Below are positions 27,750 to 40,594 of a stretch of DNA of 64,000 nt, piece after piece. The notes beneath the pieces were generated by a model. It searched no databases, was not told the DNA's origin, and saw nothing but the letters and a program-made list of their open reading frames with translations. Position 1 is the stretch's first letter. Each line of letters opens with the position of its first letter. Location: NCBI GenBank assembly GCA_965235115.1, contig OZ249436.1, positions 19,532,001-19,596,000 of the forward strand. Direction: 5' to 3'. The position numbers and the translations under genes are program-made. The stretch comes from Laetmonice hystrix. Taxonomy: Eukaryota.

Positions 27750-28321
27750 TGTAACATGCCTTCGTTAACCCGTAACATAGCTTTGTTACCCGTAATGTGT
27801 CTTCGTTACCCGTAACTTGCCTTCGTTAACCCGTAACATAGCTTTGTTACCCGTAATGTGTCTTCGTTACCCGTAACGTGCCTTCGTTAACCCGTAACAT
27901 AGCTTTGTTACCCGTAATGTGTCTTCGTTACCCGTAACTTGCCTTCGTTAACCCGTAACATAGCTCTGTTACCCGTAATGTGTCTTCGTTACCCGTAACT
28001 TGCCTTCGTTAACACGTAACATAGCTTTGTTACCCGTAATGTGTCTTCGTTACCCGTAACGTGCCTTCGTTAACCCGTAACATAGCTTTGTTACCCGTAA
28101 TGTGTCTTCGTTACCCGTAACTTGCCTTCGTTAACCCGTAACATAGCTTTGTTACCCGTAATGTGTCTTCGTTACCCGTAACGTGCCTTCGTTACCCGTA
28201 ACATAGCTTTGTTACCCGTAATGTGTCTTCGTTACCCGTAACGTGCCTTCGTTACCCGTAACATAGTTTTGTTACCCGTAATGTGTCTTCGTTACCCGTA
28301 ACGTGCCTTCGTTACCCGTAA
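27750..28321. repeat. Higher-order tandem repeat: ~61-bp unit made of three ~20-bp subunits with a tta(a)cccgtaa core, ~9 copies
   Basis: Unit ttaacccgtaacatagctttgttacccgtaatgtgtcttcgttacccgtaacttgccttcg. Confidence 0.95.
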
Positions 28322-28425
28322 GAAGCATTCCTTGCTGCACTGTCTGTAGGTATGACATCGTTTGAGGCTATCTCCCCACTAATTGTCTCTTCAAGCATAA
28401 AGCGGTAAAAGAAGCATTATCTTAC

Positions 28426-28508
28426 CTGTCATCAGTTACCGTAGAGAAACTATCCTATACACCCCCACGTACATGTACTCCCTCCTTCTCTGACCGGAAA
28501 TTTCCAAT
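28426..28508 (-). other. Putative internal exon (83 nt), stop codons in all three frames
   Basis: Minus-strand acceptor gttttcgattctccgtttcag| at 28509 and donor CAG|gtaaga at 28425. Confidence 0.55.
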
Positions 28509-28977
28509 CTGAAACGGAGAATCGAAAACTACAGTTCAAACGGAGCGGGTCGGTGCATGCGAGTCGAAGGATTACTGTAACTCTGGCTCATGAAAGAAGT
28601 CTTACATACTATGGAGACAATGGCCTTGTCTTGTTGCTGCCTTATTAAAGCATATCTTTGGATCGTTGAAGATATCTCGAGTAGCTCCAGATTACAACAC
28701 TGAGGCACCATTGACCTTGGGGACTGGCTCAGCTATAGTTGCCAATGCCGTCTGTATGGCTACCGTTACACAGAGGCTGGAATCGATGACAGCACCCACG
28801 ATCTGCCAGAGTTCAATACCAATTTGCATACAAAACTTGTCTGAAGATGGCTGAGCCATAGTGCAGTGCTCAGAGAACGGCAGGGAGGACTTCAGAACAA
28901 GGATCGGCTGTTCTTGCAAGAACTTGGACAGGAACGACGCGAGACGAAGAGTGTAGCAACAACTCGAGTGTACTTAC

Positions 28978-29190
28978 CAAAGCCCCGACGTCACGGAGAG
29001 GCAGCATGAGGCCTTGGCTTGCTGAGAGTCCCCTGCTTACCGTCAGACGTAATGGGTACTGACTGAATCCAAGTCTTTTCCTTACTCCATTTAGTCCCGC
29101 ATCCTGCATAACAACACGCAGAAAATGGCAACTGTAGGTGGGTGGTTAATGAGGAGTCAACCGCAAACAGCGGGCACACAATCCATGAAT
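28978..29190 (-). other. Putative first exon of a minus-strand transcript; 5' limit is a guess
   Basis: Two strong donors, TTG|gtaagta (28977) and ACG|gtaagc (29040), just downstream of CCAAT boxes and a CpG-rich stretch. Confidence 0.4.
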
Positions 29191-29199
29191 ATCGTACGG

Positions 29200-29620
29200 C
29201 TCAAAGTTAGCCCAAAAAGACCGGCAATATCTACACTGCCTCAGGAGCAGCGAATTATCATTGCGCTCTGCATCAACCAATCAGAAAGCTTGGCCCAATT
29301 TGCATCATCAGCACACAAACAGCCTAACAAGGCAATTTGAGTGTGTCAAGCCTCAGCAATATGTGAATGGTCAGGAAGAAGAGGGGGCTAAGAGATTCAC
29401 AGTTGGATGAGTCCTAGCCGCCAGTGGAGAACGCGAGTGTGTGTGATTGGGGAGGGTGTGTGCGTGTATCACTGCCGCGGCACGACGCGACGTTTGCAGC
29501 GTCTCCAGCCCGTCACTGGCGTTCATGCGTCATTGTCAGCGTTGTCAGCGGCGGCATTTCTCGCGACGGCGACTCTCCGTGCTTTCACTCGGCTACCTTA
29601 CAAACGGTGACCACTGTTTG
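29200..29620. promoter_or_regulatory. Candidate promoter region with CCAAT boxes and high CpG density
   Basis: ccaatca at 29277-29283, tgattgg at 29444-29450, dense CpG at 29430-29600; adjacent to clustered minus-strand donors. Confidence 0.35.
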
Positions 29621-32600
29621 ACCCAGCCACTCCCATAGATTCTCCTTTGATTTATTAAAATCACACAGATCGATAAAATCGTGGAAATCGAGCCAGACTC
29701 TGTTTTACCAACCGTCGCATGAAATTAAACACGTAGCCCTAACAAAACGGATTTTCAGCGACTGCAAAACTTGGCTCACGAGACATGTCCTGCAGGTCTA
29801 AAAATAGACTCAGTGAGTCTGTCACAAAAAATTCATTGGAATATTTAGAATAGGACTTTCGGCATTGCCAATGATGCGGCAAACCTTAATCTGGTTATCG
29901 AATATCTCTCAATTGAACAAACAGGGTGGCGGGGCCGGGGAGTAAGCATCTCATGCCCCGAGCACACCCAATTATCACGTGATCAGTGGCGGGATTTGGG
30001 CCAAAGTCCAACCGGGCGGTGGCGGCTAATCTAGCCGGCTTGGGGAGCCTGAAACCATTCTCAGCCCCCTCCCTGCCCCCACCCCCGCACGACCCCCACC
30101 TTGCCTCACCCCAAACACAGCAGTGTGACTGAGTCAATGAGACGGGGTAGGAAATCAGGGAGGGGCTCGTGTATTCATAGAAACATTTGGGGACTGCCTG
30201 GAATATTTCACCATATTGTCATATTTTCACATACATTTTCGCCATATATATTTGCAGTATTAGCGTATGATTAATTATTAAAGGCTAGGCCTATATTTGT
30301 TTTACATTATAATAGACAACTAAACCTGAATGTCGGTTATCTCTTTTATAAAAATCAAATCAAATCAATCCCAGACTCTCGGCATTTCTTCTTTCCCATC
30401 TATAAAATCTAGAATCTAGTTTGTTAGTTGAGAGCAGCTACGAAACTGACATATTAATGAATTATCCCCGGGTCACTTTATGTAGATCCATGGTCACCAT
30501 AGTTACCTATCATGAAAACATAATATAGTTCCTTATAAGAAAACATAACAAAAGTAAGAAATAACTCATCAAATATTCAATAAGAAATCACTAATTATCG
30601 GCAGCATCCACATTACAAGTGTCGCCCCTTGTAAACATAAAAGTGGGTATCCACCTTTTTTCGAGGATCCACTTTTTCAAAAATCACTTTTCAAAATGTT
30701 GAACATTCTGAGTTCAGAGCATGCAGATGTTTGGCTGGCCAGTCGTGTGTTACCGGTGGTAGGGCATTGACAACATTGGGAAACCATCAACAATACTGTA
30801 AGTTTAGATCTAACCTGCGTACAATCACAGAACGCACTCAGTATCGGAGGTCGTTTCTAACTTGGGTACGTTCAGCTCAATATGTCTGACCCTGGCTCAG
30901 CACAAACCACAGCCTCGCTCCCAGCGTCCCTGTCTCACCGTCTGACCGCCAGATGGCGATCCGTGTTTGAGACGCTCGATCCCACGACGCTGGCAACGAA
31001 CGCCACTTAAATTCCGTCATACAGAACAAACAGACTCTAGGGCAATCCAGGAGCGAGGCCACGTAAATATGGAATCTAAACAGCATTCAGAGATGAAACA
31101 AAAACATTGAGAAAAACAAACATGTTGTCTTATGTCCTCTGGGCTGCGGTTGTCTTCGAAGTCATTCCAAGCCTGTCTGGTTATCTCGTCTTGGTACAGA
31201 GGCTGCTGGGAAGGACCGATATTGGCCAGCATCCCAGGAGAGGGTATGGTGGGCTGACAGATGCATTATTGCATCACTTCCGCTGGTCCTACTGACCTCT
31301 GCAAGCAGCAGGCCCTGGACTTGTAATCTGTCAGTGAGCCATCTCTGACGTTACTGGGGGGAGGGGGGGGGGGGTTACACTGGGGAGGGGTGGCGAGGCC
31401 GGGGTGAATACTGTGCAAGGTTGGGCGGGGTTGTGTTTCGATACCTGAGATGTTGGTCAATGGTGGAGGGGAGGGCGACATGTTCGAGTGGGTGGAGGAG
31501 GCGGACACCACCATCTGCGGGGAGATTTGTCATGAGACACCCAGCATCAAATTGGTGCGGCCAAGGTCATTGCCCGCCAAGGACAGTTCACGTTAAATGT
31601 CTAGATACAGCCAATCGTCAAGTCTCGTTAGAAACATCGTAATGCGGACACAGACTTAATATAATCCTCCCTCAAATATCTCTGTCATGCTGCCTCCAAT
31701 AGCTTTGTCCAGGGCTGACGTATACTGGAAGCAAAGGACCATGATGACCTCTATGAGCGAGACACATTCTTTTACAGATTATTTCTGCTACTAAGCGTGA
31801 CCTTCAGATAAAGTCTAGATTATGTTGAAGTCTGAAAGTCTGTCACTGTGGAGTTGGCAAGCAACTCGTGACAATGACAAAAGGACGTTACTCACATTTC
31901 ACTATTTTTGAAATAAATAACTAATGCAATAAACTAAAGCACTATAAGAATTTAAGCATCATGTTTGTTGATTTATTTTCCGTTGCAGTATTACTGCTTC
32001 GGACCATGAGACAGATAGATCAGGACCCAGGTTTCAACAAATTCTCAACTTGAGTAAAGTTTACTTAAGTAAAGTAACAGGCTTCTGATTGGCGGCCTAA
32101 GCAGCAATGAAAGGTAATATAAGAGGTTTTGTCAGCGGACGTCGGATTTGCTATCATTCAATTTCTAATATGTCAGGGGAAACATGAAATAACCTCTGGG
32201 AACCGGTATGTAGGACAATAACTGCTCCGTTACTCAGACGAACAATGCCATCCCGACAGTCGGACTGGGAATATACCCAAGCTGCCTTTTATCATTCCAT
32301 GAATCCCTACGGCAGACATTGTATATAAGAATGAGTGTTGATTGTCTTCGTTCGGGTCCTGCCTTTGAAAAGGCAGGCATTGTGTTGGCATACCCTCGAG
32401 GTCATGGTGCCTACGCCGGCAGGGTAGGAGTGTATCCTGGGACAGGGTCGTTAGGGCGGATAGCGAGGGGGCGGTGAGCGGGAGGGGGGAGGGGGCAGGA
32501 CAGGGGAAGGGCTGGGGGGGGGGGGCAGGCCCGGAGAGACCATCAATCCAACAACCAACCCGAAAATACCTACACCATTTCAATCGTAGCCTTATGATTT

Positions 32601-33310
32601 TTTTATGTTGGCCTAATCACAGTTTCTGAAAATGGTCCCAGCTTTTTTAAACACCGCCAGTTACCCCTAAATCGGACAGAATTTATAATTGTTTACAAAC
32701 AAAGCTATGCTCTAAGTACAGTTCTATGAGCTTATTTTTATACATTTCGGAACTAAGCTTCCTCTCGATCTGTTCTAAGATTTTGCTGCACGACTTGGAC
32801 ACATTGCCTGAAGTAGTTATATAATATTAAATGCCTGGCTTCATTAGAATCAAATGGAGAGCGTCAAAGGATGTACATCACACCATCCTACTATATAATC
32901 ACCAACTCCTGTACTAGATCAGTCGTCTTGATGTGAAAATACCATTATTATAATCATTGACAGGTGCTCTAGTATATTCGGAATTGAGTTTAATAATCAA
33001 CGTATCCAATAACATTAGACCTTCTCCCCTTCTTCATGGTTCTTGAAAGGAGTTATGGCTATATAGACCATGCCATCTCCTTACATAAATCATTTCATAA
33101 CCGAGTTTGACATGTCTGTGACGATTTAATCCTCATCATGGTGATTGAACTTTAATTAGAAAGATGTTAATAGCAAAACAAGAATATAATAATATTATGT
33201 TACAAAATTTAAAATAAGACGCAGAATCCCATTACCGTACATAGATCATATATGGTGCTGGTGGGCCAGGCAAATCACATCATAGTCTTTCAATTAAAGA
33301 CCTTTTTAAT

Positions 33311-33700
33311 ACAGCTGCTCCTTACGACATCTTTTAATATGCTACTCACAGCTGCTCCCTACGACATCTTTTCATATACTACTCACAGCTGCTCCCTATG
33401 ACATCTTTTCATATACTACTCAAAGCTGCTCCCTACGACATCTTTTCATATACTACTCACAGCTGCTCCCTACGACATCTTTTCATATACTACTCACAGC
33501 TGCTCCCTATGACATCTTTTCATATACTACTAACAGCTGCTCCCTACGACATCTTTTCATATACTACTCACAGCTGCTCCTTACGACATCTTTTCATAAT
33601 ACTCACAGCTGCTCCCTACGTCATCTTTTCATATACTACTTAAAGCTGCTCCCTACGACATCTTTTCATATACTACTCACAGCTGCTTCTTATGACTTTT
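33311..33700. repeat. Minisatellite, 37-bp unit, ~10 copies
   Basis: Unit cagctgctccctacgacatcttttcatatactactca. Confidence 0.95.
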
Positions 33701-33790
33701 TCAATATAGGCCTATTACTCAGTGCTGCTGCGGCGACCATAAGACAGGAAAGATCTCGGATCACTCATTCCAACCCGTCCTCACTTAAAA

Positions 33791-35495
33791 CATCTACTAT
33801 ATAACATCGGGCACAGAGTATTTTGTACTTTCAGTTAGAGATGTTATAACCTGGGGTAAATCATCTACTATAATAACATCGGGCACAGAGTATTCTGTAC
33901 TTTCAGTTAGAGATGTTATAACCTGGGGTAAACCATCTACTATAATAACATCGGGCACAGGGTATTCTGTACTTTCAGTAGAGATTTTATAATCCTGGGG
34001 TAAATCATCTACTATAATAACATCGGGCACAGAGTATTCTGTACTTTCAGTTAGAGATGTTATAACCTGGGGTAAATCATCTACTATAATAACATCGGGC
34101 ACAGAGTATTCTGTACTTTCAGTAGAGATTTTATAATCCTGGGGTAAATCATCTACTATAATAACATCGGGCACAGAGTATTCTGTACTTTCAGTTAGAG
34201 ATGTTATAATCCTGGGGTAAACCATCTACTATAATAACATCGGGCACAGAGTATTCTGTACTTTCAGTAGAGATTTTATAATCCTGGGGTAAACCATCTA
34301 CTATAATAACATCGGGCACAGAGTATTCTGTACTTTCAGTTAGAGATGTTATAATCCTGGGGTAAACCATCTACTATAATAACATCGGGCACAGAGTATT
34401 CTGTACTTTCAGTTAGAGATGTTATAAACTGGGGTAAACCATCTACTATAATAACATCGGGCACAGAGTATTCTGTACTTTCGGTAGAGATTTTATAATC
34501 CTGGGGTAAACCATCTACTATAATAACATCGGGCACAGAGTATTCTGTACTTTCAGTAGAGATTTTATAATCCTGGGGTAAATCATCTACTATATAACAT
34601 CGGGCACAGAGTATTCTGTACTTTCAGTAGAGATTTTATAATCCTGGGGTAAACCATCTACTATAATAACATCGGGCACAGAGTATTCTGTACTTTCAGT
34701 TAGAGATGTTATAATCCTGGGGTAAACCATCTACTATAATAACATCGGGCACAGAGTATTCTGTACTTTCAGTTAGAGATGTTATAACCTGGGGTAAATC
34801 ATCTACTATAATAACATCGGGCACAGAGTATTCTGTACTTTCAGTTAGAGATGTTATAATCCTGGGGTAAACCATCTACTATAATGACATCGGGCACAGA
34901 GTATTCTGTACTTTCAGTAGAGATGTTATAATCCTGGGGTAAATCATCTACTATATAACATCGGGCACAGAGTATTCTGTACTTTCAGTAGAGATTTTAT
35001 AATCCTGGGGTAAACCATCTACTATAATAACATCGGGCACAGAGTATTCTGTACTTTCAGTTAGAGATGTTATAACCTGGGGTAAACCATCTACTATAAT
35101 AACATCGGGCACAGAGTATTTTGTACTTTCAGTTAGAGATGTTATAATCCTGGGGTAAATCATCTACTATATAACATCGGGCACAGAGTATTTTGTACTT
35201 TCGGTAGAGATTTTATAATCCTGGGGTAAAACACCTACTATAATAACATCGGGCACAGAGTATTTTGTACTTTCAGTAGATATTTTATAATCCTGGGGTA
35301 AATCGTCTACTATATAACATCGGACACAGAGTATTTTGTACTTTCAGTAGAGATTTTATAATCTTGGGGTAAATCGTCTACTATATAACATCGGACACAG
35401 AGTATTTTGTACTTTCAGTAGATATTTTATAATCCTGGGGTAAAACATCTACTATACAACATCGGGCACAGAGTATGTTTTACTATAATCCTGGG
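33791..35495. repeat. Minisatellite, ~72-bp unit, ~23 copies, two interleaved variants
   Basis: Unit catctactataataacatcgggcacagagtattctgtactttcag(t)tagagat(g/t)ttataa(t)cctggggtaaa(t/c). Confidence 0.97.
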
Positions 35496-35749
35496 GCGGA
35501 TGCGCGATGACAAGTGTCGTTTATTGGGAGGCCATACCCCCCTGCCGCTGCACGCTCTCACATGCCGGGCTTTGTCTCCTCGCCAAGCGAGCGTGATGGG
35601 GGTAATTATCAGCACAGAGTTAGATGGGAGCTGGCAACCTTCAGCAGCAGCGCCGACTGGTGGTGAGCAATGTCTCCTAGTGTTCGGGGGCAGCGGCCGA
35701 AAATGTCATCGTCCGCATCGCCATTTACCCTGGCATAACTATGTGACTA

Positions 35750-36005
35750 TCGTCACCATGGCTACCGCTGACATGACCTTCACCATGGTTACCGCAGACA
35801 AGACCATCACCATGGTTACCGCTGACATGACCATCGCCATGGTTACCGCAGACAAGACAATCACCATGGTTACCGCTGACATGACCATCGCCATGGCTGC
35901 CGCTGACATGACCATCGCCATGGCTACCGCTGACATGACAATCACCATGGTTACCGCAGACCATCACCATGGTTACCGCATACTTGGCCACCACCATGGT
36001 AACCG
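35750..36005. repeat. Degenerate tandem repeat, 30-bp unit, ~8 copies
   Basis: Unit similar to caccatggttaccgctgacatgaccat. Confidence 0.9.
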
Positions 36006-39000
36006 CGGTCAAGGTCATTAAAATGGTAACTGAGGACATAACGGATGACATAGTAACATCAGTTAGGCTTGACCTTGACCTTTAATCGTTACTATATCAA
36101 CATTCGATAAAGGATCGATGTTGCGCGGGAAGAGCCGGGGAAGCTGAGGGTCTGGGAGTACTGTGTATCTATCCCTGACACAAGGACTTTCCCAAGGTCT
36201 CTTGCACAGTCAGATGGTCCTAGCCCTTATAACAATCCGTTCGTATGACTTGGCATGTAAAACGTTGTACACGCCCACGACATTTCTTACTGCGCCCCTA
36301 TATAAAGTCCAACTCATCAGTCACCTGAATGTCGAGCCTATCGAAGCTCATTGTTCGGTTCCATGTAAAGGGATTCTGTTTATTACAAGGCACGTGACAG
36401 AGAAGGACAGACACAGAACGACAACAATGCGCCAATTATCACGTGTGCATTGAACGGATCCGAGCCATGTCACGTGACCCCCCCCCCCCACACACACACA
36501 CACGAGACGCCGAGCGTCGGCAGTACTTCCCTAGCAACGACCGACCAAGGCCTTACAACCGTTTCCATCATCCCCCTATCCCTCGTCCCTTCCCTCGCCC
36601 ACACAACCCTGCCTTCCCCCTTTCTGGTCCATCCTACCCGCCGGTAGAGTCGAATCATTGGGACGCGGGGGTGGCAGGTAGTCGATACATGTGTTGACAG
36701 CCCCCCCCCCCGACGCTGCCCCCCCCCCAAACTCCATTTGAAATCCGCCCATCCCGTTTCCCCGAGGTGGGTCAGGGTCAACCCCACCACCCCTACCCTC
36801 GCCACACATGTCCCCCAATCACACTCCAAGTAGACTCTATCGTCTAGCTTCCAATTTCTCCACGATCCTTTCATGTTAGCCTACCTTTTCTTAGAGCAAG
36901 TCAATTATATTTATCAGGCGACCTAACTCGCAGAGGGATGAGAAAGTTTGTGGATCCTGCACGCCACACTCATGGATTGACGATGGGCAGCGCGGGTCCC
37001 AATTACGGAGCCAAGGGTATTATCGTATCGAGACAAGTGACTTCACCTTTCATTGGAAACTACTCGGCAGAGGGCGTGGGAAGCTATCTTCGGTTGGGGG
37101 TGGGCGGCGGGGGGGGGGGGCGGGGGAGAGATCAGCCAGTCAGGATAATCTTCATCTTCTTCTTCGTCGATGACCCCTGAGAACTATATATCGTGACAAT
37201 TTTCATTTTTGTATCTCGTAAACCATTTAAAATTCCAGAAATCTGTTATATCATCAGTTGAAAGCTGTCGGCTGCTTTGAAAAAACGGTAACGAATGGGC
37301 TTTGATCCAGCTGCAAACTAGAAGCGGAATTCGCCGACTCTAATTGCTGTAATAAATCCACCAATATGATGTAAGGGAGGCGGACTTCTAGAGACGTTAA
37401 TCACAATTAGCAAACTCCTGGGACACAATCCAAACTAAATGACCCCATTACTGATCAGTGAGTATCGGAGCTGTCAATCAGCAGAGAAAGGCAGAATGCC
37501 AGCGCAGCTTTTCTTCACGAGCTCCACAATCACTTTATTACGTTTGCTCGGTTTTTGGTAGGCCTAAACCTCGAGACATTTTCACAAGCTTTCGTTAGTT
37601 TGTCGTGCCGTTAAAGTCAATGCAGTTTTACGGCCGACTAACGATGGTCGTGACACGTCTCCCCCTTTCCTCCCCGCCTGAGGTTCTAGACGCAGTTATA
37701 GACGAAGTGACAAGCACCTGCTCAGGACCTAACTAAACAATCAGGGAATCGTATCGTCTGAAACAAGATAGTCTGATGATCTTTTAGTTACAGATGTGTA
37801 GCTGTGAATACCACGGACCCCAGTACAGTGTAAATAGTACTGCAAACTTTGGCCCTGATCCACTGAGGCGGTTGTCCTTGCCTCATGTATAGTTGACCTG
37901 AACTCATGTATAGTAGTCCTAGACTGAGTTAGGGCCCATGAGACTCTGACCAGGACTGAGTTATGGTCCGTTTTATCCAACATAACCACTTGCACACTAC
38001 AGGGTCCTACACAGTGGCCGGATGCAGTGAGTGGTCATTGACTGAGGTCGACGAGACTTTGACAATAAGCAGAGCCCTCTAGCGGGCAATAGTCGCACCG
38101 TGGTTTGATTAAGGCTGGACGGCGAGAGAACCCTCGTCAAGGGAATGCTGGCAGGGGACACGGAGGCAGCCACCCTCACCCTCCAGCTACACCTCCAGCC
38201 AGCCACACGGCCAGTCAGCCGGCTAACTCCGGACGTAGCAACCACCAGGCAGGCTGCAACGCTGTCATAATTGAATCGATGCCTGCGGCCGGGCGAGGTG
38301 CGCGCGCAGGCTGTACGTGCCTTTGATCAGTGTCATTACTCCATCGGATAATTGAGCGCGAATACGAGCCTCACTTTGGCATAAAGTGCACGCGTGACAC
38401 GACGGGTAGCACCTGGCGTGGCACCTCCACCTGGGGGGTGGCGATTGCAGTGACACCTACCGTTCGCACAAGGTACCACAGTGGTGGGTCTGCCGCCTTT
38501 TATGATGTATCGGCGGGCAAAACTATGTTAGCCGTGTCTCTAACATGCTACATTCAAACAATAGATACCCTGAATGCATAGTCGCCCCGTTTCACCCCTT
38601 CCCACCACCCTTTCCGAACACCCCTTCCCAGCCCACTCCCCAGCCCCCCCCCCTCCGCAGGTCTCATTAGAGAGCTCTTCAAGCCAGGTCCCTGTTGGCT
38701 CTGTGAGACATTTTCAAAGACTGTCAGTACGACAAACGTAGGGGTCCACGCTGGCCACATTTATACAATCAATACGAGCAGAGGGATACAAGTACATTCT
38801 ATAGATTAAAGTGTACTCTTGGATTTTTGTTCACATCATATCATGAAAGAGTATGAATCAGCCCCGGCAAGGAAAATATTTATACATGATTAGATTACAA
38901 AAAGTATCTAAACTTGATCAAAGAAAAACATTTTCATATGCGGCTAAAAACTTCCCCTTCCATTGATTCCCAGATAAATTAAAAAAAAATTATAACGAGT

Positions 39001-39019
39001 CCACAGCAGAGCTGGGTCC

Positions 39020-39475
39020 AAGATGCCAACCAACCAAATACTTCAAGAAAATGAGGTCAATATGTCAACCAACCAAACACTCCAAGAAAATGAGGTCAAT
39101 ATGTCAACCAACCAAACACTCCAAGAAAACGAGGTCATGTTGCCAGGTCAAACAGGTCCCTCCAAGAAAACGAGGGCGAAATGCCAACCTACCAAACACT
39201 CGAAGAAAACGAGGCCAAGATGCCAACCAACCAAACACTCCAAGAAAACGAGGCCAAGATGCCAACCAATCAAACACTCCAAGAAAACGAGGTCAATATG
39301 TAAACCAACCAAACACTCCAAGAAAACGAGGTCAAGTTGCAAGGTCAAACCTGTCCAAGAAAACGAGGCCGAAATGCCAACCAATCAAAACATTCCGTAG
39401 AAACGAGGCCGGGATGCCAACCAATCAAAACACTCCATAATAGCGAAGCAGAGATTCCAACCAATCAAAGCTCCA
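39020..39475. repeat. Degenerate tandem repeat, ~39-bp unit
   Basis: Unit similar to tgccaaccaaccaaacactccaagaaaacgaggtcaa. Confidence 0.88.
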
Positions 39476-39705
39476 TGATAATGAGACAGGGATTCAACCA
39501 TTCAGAGATTTTGGATACGGTCTAATATTCAGCCGTTCATTCCATAAGTGTCTACAGCTCATAGATCATCTAAAATAATGAACAACCAACGGAGAAAAAT
39601 GCATAGATGAATACAATATCCGCGCCGGCTTCCGCCGCTTGTCATGTTTGTATTTCACATGATAGATGGCGTGTGTGTGGGTGGAGTATGAGGTGGGTAT
39701 GGGTT

Positions 39706-40545
39706 TGATGGAGGGTTGGGGTGGGGATGGGGGTTGATGGAGGGGTTGGGGTGGGGATGGGGGTTGATGAAGGGGTTGGGGTGGGGATGGGGGTTGAGGG
39801 AGGGGTTGGTGTGGGGATGGGGGTTGAGGGAGGGGTGGGCGTGGGGATGGGGGTTGAGGGAGGGGTTGGGGTGGGGATGGGGGTTGAGGGTGGGGATGGG
39901 GTGGGGATGGGGGTTGAGGGAGGGGTTGGGGTGGGGATGGGGGTTGAGGGAGGGGTTGGGGTGGGGATGGGGGTTGATGGAGGGGTTGGGGTGGGGATGG
40001 GGGTTGATGGAGGGGTTGGGGTGGGGATGGGGGTGGAGGGAAGGGTTGTGGTGGGGATGGGGGTTGAGGGAGGGGTTGGTGTGGGGATGGGGGTTGAGGG
40101 AGGGGGTAGGGTGGGGATGGGGTTGAGGGTGGGGATGGGGTGGGAATGGGGGTTGGGGTGGGGATGGGGGTTGAGGGAGGGGTTGGTGTGGGGATGGGGG
40201 TTGAGGGAGGGGGTAGGGTGGGGATGGGGTTGAGGGTGGGAATGCGGGTTGGTGTGGGGATGGGGGTTGATGGAGGGGTTGGGGTGGGGATGGGGGTTGA
40301 TGGAGGGGTTGGGGTGGGGATGGGAGTGGAGGGAGGGGTTGGTGTGGGGATGGGGGTTGAGGGAGGGGTTGGTGTGGGGATGGGGTTGAGGGAGGGGATA
40401 GGGTGGGGATGGGGTTGAGGGTGGGGATGGGGTGGGAATGGGGGTTGGGGTGGGGATGGGGGTGGAGGGAGGGGTCGGGGTGGGGATGGGGTTGAGGGAG
40501 GGATTGGGGAAGGAGTTGGGTGGTGTGGGGGTAGCGATGGGGTGG
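39706..40545 (+). repeat. G-rich minisatellite, ~30-bp unit; predicted G-quadruplex array
   Basis: Unit ggggttggggtggggatgggggttgaggga has four tracts of at least 4 G. Confidence 0.95.
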
Positions 40546-40555
40546 AAAGCATTAT

Positions 40556-40594
40556 CAGAGAGACAGAGACAGAGACAGAGACAGAGACAGAGAG
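40556..40594. repeat. (AGAGAC)n microsatellite
   Basis: Seen directly. Confidence 0.9.

Noticed and set aside
3895..35495. CRISPR-like appearance of arrays with 25-72-bp periodicity
   Set aside because: Units are head-to-tail with no unique spacers, there are no cas genes, and the context is eukaryotic.
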